A stretch of 64,000 nt of DNA from a virus. The notes below the pieces were generated by a model that was not told the DNA's origin, searched no databases, and was given only the letters and a program-made list of their open reading frames with translations. Position 1 is the first letter of the stretch. Every line of letters begins with the position of its first letter. Shown here one piece after another: positions 58,744 through 64,000 of this stretch. Position numbers and translations under genes: made by a program. The DNA lies in IMG/VR virus record IMGVR_UViG_3300025000_000061, positions 32,001 to 96,000 of that record. One strand, written 5' to 3'.

Positions 58744-58772
58744 ATGATTAAATTAAAAAAGGAGGTTATAAT

Positions 58773-60101
58773 TTGCAAGAAATATTAAGTATTGTTAATC
58801 AATTAGCAAGTACATCTAGTCGTTTAGAAAAAGAATCTATTTTAAAGAGAAATCAAGATAATCAATTATTCAAAGACATTCTTACATTCGTTTATAATAC
58901 TTTAGAAGTAAAAACAGGTATTAAACGTAAAAAACTTGAGAAGAAAGTAAAATCTAAACCAACAGTAACTATGAATAATTTTTATGATTTAAGAGATTAT
59001 TTATCTAATCATAATACTGGTTCAGATGAAATAATTGCAAATATTCAACAATTTTTATCTCAGCAAGAAGATAATATAAAAGAATTATATATTCAAATTA
59101 TTCTTCAAGACCTACGTTGTGGTTTAAAAGAAAAAACTATTAATAGTGCCTTTGGATATGAATTTATTTATATCCATAAATTAGAGAAAGGAGAAGTAGC
59201 AGAAGAAAAACATCTTAAATGGCTTAAAAGTAAAGAATTTGGTATATATAGAAAGTTAGATGGGTATAGAAGTGAAATTGAAGTAGGTAATAATAAGGTT
59301 AAGATAATGTCCTCTGGTGGTGAAATATATAAAGAATTAGTCGATATTGAAAAAGTATTATCTGAAACTGATTTACCACATGGAGTATTTGTTTGCGAAT
59401 TATTAGCAGTAGATGATAATAATACAATGTCTAGAATAGAAAGATTTAATAAAACTGGTTCTATTTTAAGAAAAGATGGAGAAAAGCATGGAATAGAAGT
59501 TAATATATTTAATTTTATTCCTGATGACGGATTTTATAAAGGTTATCATCCTATGACTTGTAGAGATAGAAAGAATCTAGCAAAAAAATTGATTGATAAG
59601 ATTAATTCTCCTTTGATTAAAAATATTGATCCTTTCTATATTGGAAAAGATATTGCTCAAATTGATTATTGGTTTGAAAAAATGATGGATCAAGATGATG
59701 AGGGAATTATGGTTTTGCCTTTAGATGCAAAATATTATGGTAAAAAATCATATCAACAAATGTTAAAGGTTAAGACAGAAAAAGAAGCTGATGTGGTTAT
59801 AGTTGGTTTTGAAAAAGGTGAAAAAGGTAAGGAATTTGAAAATACTTTAGGTAAAATAATTGTAGATTATAAAGGTAAACCAGCAAAAGTAATGTGTGGT
59901 TATAAAGTAAAATATAATCCAGATAAATATGATAATAGGATGGTTAGAGATTATATTTGGAATCATCAAGATGAATTGATGGGTAAAATTGTTAAGGTAA
60001 GATATACAGATGAAAATGTTAATGAAAAAGGTGAATTGGATTTAAGATTATGTAGATTGATTGAGTATAGAGATGATAAGAGTGAACCGAGTTATAATTA
60101 A
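58773..60101 (+). CDS. lig: ATP-dependent DNA ligase
   Basis: Motif I KLDGYR; CEL; EGIMV; LKVK; C-terminal OB fold ..YRDDK. Confidence 0.9.
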   Translation: MQEILSIVNQLASTSSRLEKESILKRNQDNQLFKDILTFVYNTLEVKTGIKRKKLEKKVKSKPTVTMNNFYDLRDYLSNHNTGSDEIIANIQQFLSQQEDNIKELYIQIILQDLRCGLKEKTINSAFGYEFIYIHKLEKGEVAEEKHLKWLKSKEFGIYRKLDGYRSEIEVGNNKVKIMSSGGEIYKELVDIEKVLSETDLPHGVFVCELLAVDDNNTMSRIERFNKTGSILRKDGEKHGIEVNIFNFIPDDGFYKGYHPMTCRDRKNLAKKLIDKINSPLIKNIDPFYIGKDIAQIDYWFEKMMDQDDEGIMVLPLDAKYYGKKSYQQMLKVKTEKEADVVIVGFEKGEKGKEFENTLGKIIVDYKGKPAKVMCGYKVKYNPDKYDNRMVRDYIWNHQDELMGKIVKVRYTDENVNEKGELDLRLCRLIEYRDDKSEPSYN

Positions 60102-60130
60102 CAATAAATAAATTAAAAGGAGGAAATATT

Positions 60131-60550
60131 ATGATTATTAAAGAAGAACAAAGGGATTTATTTTCAGTACCACATGGTTATTATTTTGCTCATTGTATCT
60201 CAGGAGATTTTGCATTAGGTGCAGGTATTGCAGTTAAATTTAACGAGTTATATAATATGCGTAAAAAATTAAAAGAAGTCACAGATTTTGAATATGATAA
60301 TTGTGCAATTCTTATTGATAATGTATTTAATCTTGTAACAAAACGAAGATCATTTCATAAACCTACATATGATAGTTTAAATGAAGCATTAGTAGATATG
60401 ATGGAACAAGTTAAAGAATTAGGTGTTGAAAGAATTGCTATGCCTTTTATCGGATGTGGACTAGATAAACTTTCTTGGAGTATTGTTAAGGAAATGATTG
60501 AAGAAGTATTTGAAGATGTTGATGTTGAAATTTTAGTTTGTTATTTATAA
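60131..60550 (+). CDS. Macrodomain protein (Poa1p/TARG1-like ADP-ribosylhydrolase)
   Basis: DLF..AHCISGDFALGAGIA..F; FNLVTK; IAMPFIGCGLD.L.W. Confidence 0.9.
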   Translation: MIIKEEQRDLFSVPHGYYFAHCISGDFALGAGIAVKFNELYNMRKKLKEVTDFEYDNCAILIDNVFNLVTKRRSFHKPTYDSLNEALVDMMEQVKELGVERIAMPFIGCGLDKLSWSIVKEMIEEVFEDVDVEILVCYL

Positions 60551-60563
60551 GAGAGGTGGATAT

Positions 60564-61778
60564 ATGCAAAATCCATTATATTTAGTTAAAGTAGAACCAG
60601 GAGAAAATAATAATAAATATTACCAAATGCTGGATAACGGCGATGGAAATTTTATTTGTAAATATGGTAGAATTGGCAATTCAGGTTATCAGACAAAAAC
60701 TTATCCTATATCTAAATGGGAATCTCAATATAAAAGTAAGATAAAAAAGGGTTATATAGACCAGTCAAGATTAGTTGCGGAAACTATTGTTACTCAAAAT
60801 AAGAAAAAAGAATACCTTGATATTGACAATCCATCTATAGCACAAATTGTAACAAGATTACAATCTATGGCACGACAAGCAATTAAGGATAATTATACTA
60901 TTAATTCTCAGAATGTTACGCAGGTTATGATCAACGAAGCACAGTTAATTTTAAATAATCTAATTGATGCAGATGATATTGAATTATTTAATAAAATACT
61001 AGTTGATTTATTTAAAACTATCCCTAGAAAAATGGGTAAAGTTAAAGATTATTTAGCAAAAAGTGATAAAGATTTTAGTGAGATTATTCAAAGAGAACAA
61101 GATTTACTTGATGTAATGAAAGGTCAAGTTGTTCAACAATCTATAGTTAAAGATGAAAATAATGAAGATGATACATATGAAATGCCAAATCAAACAATAT
61201 TAGAAGTATTAGGATTACAATTTGAAGAAATTACTCAAGATGAAAAAGAATTAATTAAGAAAAATCTTGGTGGTATTAGTGATAAATTTTATCAAGCATG
61301 GAGAGTTATTAATATTAAGACACAAAAGAAATTTAATGAGTTTATACAGAATAATAATATAAAAGAAAATAAATTATTATGGCATGGATCAAGAAACGAG
61401 AATTGGTGGAGTATTATTAATTCAGGATTAGTTTTAAGACCATCTGCTGTAATCACAGGCAAGATGTTTGGATATGGTATTTATTTTGCACCTAAAGCAA
61501 GAAAGTCATTTGGTTACACTTCTTATCATGGTTCATATTGGGCAGGAGGAAATTCTAATTCTGCATTTATGAGTTTATATGATGTAGCATATGGCAAACC
61601 TTACGATGTACATTCTTTTGATAGTCAATATCATAATTTTAACTATGAGTTATTACAAAAGTATTGTAAAGATGCTAATTGTCTACATGCTCATGCTGGA
61701 AGTATGCTTAGGAATGATGAGATTATAGTTTATAAAGAAGAACAAACTACTATTAAGTATTTAGTTGAATTGAGGTAA
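60564..61778 (+). CDS. WGR-domain poly(ADP-ribose) polymerase-like protein
   Basis: NNNKYYQM..KYGRIG..KIKKGY (WGR-like); LWHGS; GKMFGYGIYFA..KS.GY; NDEIIVY (H-Y-E triad). Confidence 0.88.
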   Translation: MQNPLYLVKVEPGENNNKYYQMLDNGDGNFICKYGRIGNSGYQTKTYPISKWESQYKSKIKKGYIDQSRLVAETIVTQNKKKEYLDIDNPSIAQIVTRLQSMARQAIKDNYTINSQNVTQVMINEAQLILNNLIDADDIELFNKILVDLFKTIPRKMGKVKDYLAKSDKDFSEIIQREQDLLDVMKGQVVQQSIVKDENNEDDTYEMPNQTILEVLGLQFEEITQDEKELIKKNLGGISDKFYQAWRVINIKTQKKFNEFIQNNNIKENKLLWHGSRNENWWSIINSGLVLRPSAVITGKMFGYGIYFAPKARKSFGYTSYHGSYWAGGNSNSAFMSLYDVAYGKPYDVHSFDSQYHNFNYELLQKYCKDANCLHAHAGSMLRNDEIIVYKEEQTTIKYLVELR

Positions 61779-61810
61779 TATGATTGGTCGGATTGTTGAG
61801 TAAGGTATAA

Positions 61811-61854
61811 TCAAGGGTGAAATAATAAAAATAAATAATAAAATTCACCCTTGA
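61811..61854 (+). terminator. Inverted repeat after PARP, overlapping the -35 of the next promoter
   Basis: TCAAGGGTGAA / TTCACCCTTGA. Confidence 0.55.
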
Positions 61855-61879
61855 CAAATATATAAAATACTAATATAAT
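61851..61879 (+). promoter_or_regulatory. Consensus sigma-A promoter of the replication/recombination genes
   Basis: TTGACA-17 bp-TATAAT. Confidence 0.85.
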
Positions 61880-61995
61880 AATGGAGGGTTGAAGGAGGAA
61901 AGACAAAAGAAGAAGGAAAGGATTAAAAAGAAAGGAAAAGTTAAAGTAAGTAATAAGACAAAAAAATTTAAAAGAAAAGGAGAAATGATTATTTT

Positions 61996-62268
61996 ATGGT
62001 AGAAATTAAAGTCAATCCGTACAAATCAGTTGTGGTTTTAGACAGTGAAGGTGAAGAAATCACTATTTCAGAAGGAGATCAAGTACAATTCTGCCTTGAT
62101 TCTGGATTAGTAAAGAAAGGGAGAATCACAAAATTACAAGGAAAGGGTGATAAATTAAAAATACAATTGTTGCCTAGTGAAAAAGAATGTGAGGAAATTT
62201 GGCCTATAGTTGTGATAAGTGATGGAAGTTTGAAGTTACAAGATGATAGTGATGAAGAAGATGAATAA
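61996..62268 (+). CDS. Hypothetical SH3-like protein with acidic tail
   Basis: ORF with SD. Confidence 0.7.
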   Translation: MVEIKVNPYKSVVVLDSEGEEITISEGDQVQFCLDSGLVKKGRITKLQGKGDKLKIQLLPSEKECEEIWPIVVISDGSLKLQDDSDEEDE

Positions 62269-62336
62269 GGGTTAAGATTTAGTTAAATTAGTAAATTAAT
62301 AAAATAAAATAAATAAAATGGAGGAATATTATACAT

Positions 62337-63326
62337 ATGGCTAAAACTAAACATGGTTTACAAGAAACAGTTGGTGTCTATCAAATTAGAGGAATTGTTA
62401 ATGGAACAGAGAAGGAAAAATTCTATGTAGAAAAGAAAACTAAAACTCAAAAAGATATGAGAATGATTAATTTTGGATTGGAAATAGAACCTAATAAAAA
62501 TATCTATTTTAATCTCAATGGTATGGTTAAAGATGAAGTGTATTTTTCTACCAAAGATAACGAAGGTAAAACTGTTACTGAAAAAGTTAAATGGGACAAA
62601 AGAAAAACATTTAATAAAGAAAATTATAATCTCATAGGTCTTAGAATTGGTCTTGAAAAAGATAATGATGGTAAAAATATTCAAGAAACATTAGTTGAAT
62701 TTGATGCCTGTGAAAAAATTAGTAAATTGCTTAATGATGATATGAGTGTTTTTACTAAAGGCAAAATTGAATTTGGTAGTTTCGATGGAAAAGACAATAA
62801 AGTTCGTACTATAAAATTTATACCTCAACAAATGTCTTTATGTTCTAAAGATATTGATTTTACAGATGAAAATTTTGAAATCAAATCTGATTTTAGTCAA
62901 CAAATAGTTTTTATGGGTATTGAAAAGAAAGACGATGTTTTTATTGTTAAGGCGAAAATTATTACTTATTCATCTATTGAAGAAACGGAATTTATTATTA
63001 AGGATAAAGATTTAGCACAGTTGTTTAAACAAAAACTAAAACCTTACAATGCTATTCAGGTACATGGGCATATTGAAGTAGCTGAAAATGTTGAGGAAAT
63101 AAAAGATGATGATACTTGGGGTGAAAGTGATCCAACTCAAAGAATAAATACCCCTACACGTAGAGATTTAGTTATAACTGGTGCTAAAGGTAAAACTCTT
63201 GATACAACAACTTATACTAAAGAATTAATTGAGGAAGCAATTCAAAAGTTAGAACAATCCAATAATGCACAAGGGGATTGGGGTTCTAGTAATAGTGTTA
63301 CTGATGCAGAAGATGATGAATGGTAG
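62337..63326 (+). CDS. Putative single-stranded DNA-binding protein (OB-fold-like, acidic C-terminal tail)
   Basis: Beta-rich sequence ending DAEDDEW; precedes an AAA ATPase, as in SPbeta-like replication modules. Confidence 0.55.
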   Translation: MAKTKHGLQETVGVYQIRGIVNGTEKEKFYVEKKTKTQKDMRMINFGLEIEPNKNIYFNLNGMVKDEVYFSTKDNEGKTVTEKVKWDKRKTFNKENYNLIGLRIGLEKDNDGKNIQETLVEFDACEKISKLLNDDMSVFTKGKIEFGSFDGKDNKVRTIKFIPQQMSLCSKDIDFTDENFEIKSDFSQQIVFMGIEKKDDVFIVKAKIITYSSIEETEFIIKDKDLAQLFKQKLKPYNAIQVHGHIEVAENVEEIKDDDTWGESDPTQRINTPTRRDLVITGAKGKTLDTTTYTKELIEEAIQKLEQSNNAQGDWGSSNSVTDAEDDEW

Positions 63327-63390
63327 AAATACCATTCATAAATAAATTATTAATTAATAAAATAAAAATAAATGGAGGAATATTATACAT

Positions 63391-64000
63391 ATGGCAACTG
63401 CAAGAAAAGGTGGCAAAGTTCAAAGTAAAATTCAAATGTTATTGTTTGGACTTCAAGGATCAGGGAAAAGTACTATTGCATCACAATTTTTATATTTAAA
63501 ACGTCCAGATGGAAAACCATTAAGAGTTTTATATTTAGATGGAGAATCTGGCTCAATTGACGATATGCTTGAAGCAATAGAAAATGATAATATAAATTTA
63601 GAAAATTTATATATTGTTTATACTCAATCATTAAAAGAAGTAAATCAATACATAGAAAAAGCAACAAAAAAAGAACCATTTTATGAACTTGATGATAAGG
63701 GAAAAGAAGATTTTGACAAAATGATATTAGATGCAGATGGTGAACAATTTATACCAGATGCTATTGTTGTTGATGGAACGTCAGTTTTAAATTTGGCAGT
63801 AAAACAAGGTATAATTGAATTTAGTAAAAAAAGAGCAAATGTTAAAGCAGAAAGAGATAAATTACTAGGTGAAGAAAAATTCGTAAAAGTTGAAGGAGCA
63901 GGTATTGAATTAAAAGACTATAATACCATTAATTTTAAAGGACAAGATTTAGTATTAACCTTAACTGGAAGTGGATTGCATTATATTGTTACTGCCAGAG
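63391..64000 (+). CDS. AAA_24/Sak4-like ATPase, truncated by the window end (not in ORF track)
   Basis: GGAGG SD; MATARKGG..LLFGLQGSGKST Walker A; LYLDGESG; AIVVDG Walker B. Confidence 0.8.
   Translation, partial: MATARKGGKVQSKIQMLLFGLQGSGKSTIASQFLYLKRPDGKPLRVLYLDGESGSIDDMLEAIENDNINLENLYIVYTQSLKEVNQYIEKATKKEPFYELDDKGKEDFDKMILDADGEQFIPDAIVVDGTSVLNLAVKQGIIEFSKKRANVKAERDKLLGEEKFVKVEGAGIELKDYNTINFKGQDLVLTLTGSGLHYIVTAR

Larger units (their letters stand above)
1..64000 (+). mobile_element. Segment of a large SPbeta-like temperate phage/prophage of a low-GC Firmicute (early/accessory, control and DNA-metabolism regions)
   Basis: Co-oriented dense small ORFs; phage-type genes (HNH, PcfJ, dCMP deaminase, RNA ligase/Pnk, ATP-dependent ligase, Mom, DpdA-like); yopQ/yopR-like pair; no host housekeeping operons. 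Confidence 0.85.

Noticed and set aside
1565-63679. The many minus-strand ORFs in the track
   Set aside because: They are antisense shadows of AT-rich + strand genes, with F/I/L/Y-rich low-complexity translations and no SD.
1-64000. tRNA/rRNA genes and IS transposases
   Set aside because: No cloverleaf or T-loop motifs, GC-rich structural RNA or transposase motifs were recognisable by eye; tRNAscan or Infernal would be needed to exclude them fully.

Overview
Very AT-rich segment of a large temperate phage or prophage of a low-GC Firmicute, probably Clostridia. Nearly all genes are on the + strand, behind strong Shine-Dalgarno (SD) sites and consensus sigma-A promoters; about 150 are short and hypothetical. 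The layout is SPbeta-like. (i) A lysis-lysogeny-type control region at 7.2-17.8 kb holds a ParB/DndB-like gene and a non-catalytic tyrosine-recombinase-fold gene that resemble SPbeta yopQ/yopR (sroE/sroF). (ii) Upstream of these, where SPbeta carries arbitrium, lies an agr-type cyclic-peptide module: agrB, an unannotated 41-aa agrD, a kinase-less AgrC-like membrane protein and DUF5317. It is interleaved with two antitoxin-less MazF/PemK genes, one fused to an HTH, and is followed by a LexA-boxed promoter. (iii) The accessory arrays carry about 19 copies of a 28-bp 11-6-11 dif-like inverted repeat, often preceded by one of two hairpin families. (iv) Other modules are RNA repair (RNA ligase, Pnk-HD), a DNA-modification island (MTase, queDEC, TGT/DpdA-like, DUF6884, Mom-like) and DNA ligase-macrodomain-WGR/PARP. 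An SSB-like gene and an AAA ATPase sit at the right edge. I saw no tRNA, rRNA, CRISPR array, structural genes or IS. All family calls come from motifs recognised by eye, not from database searches.
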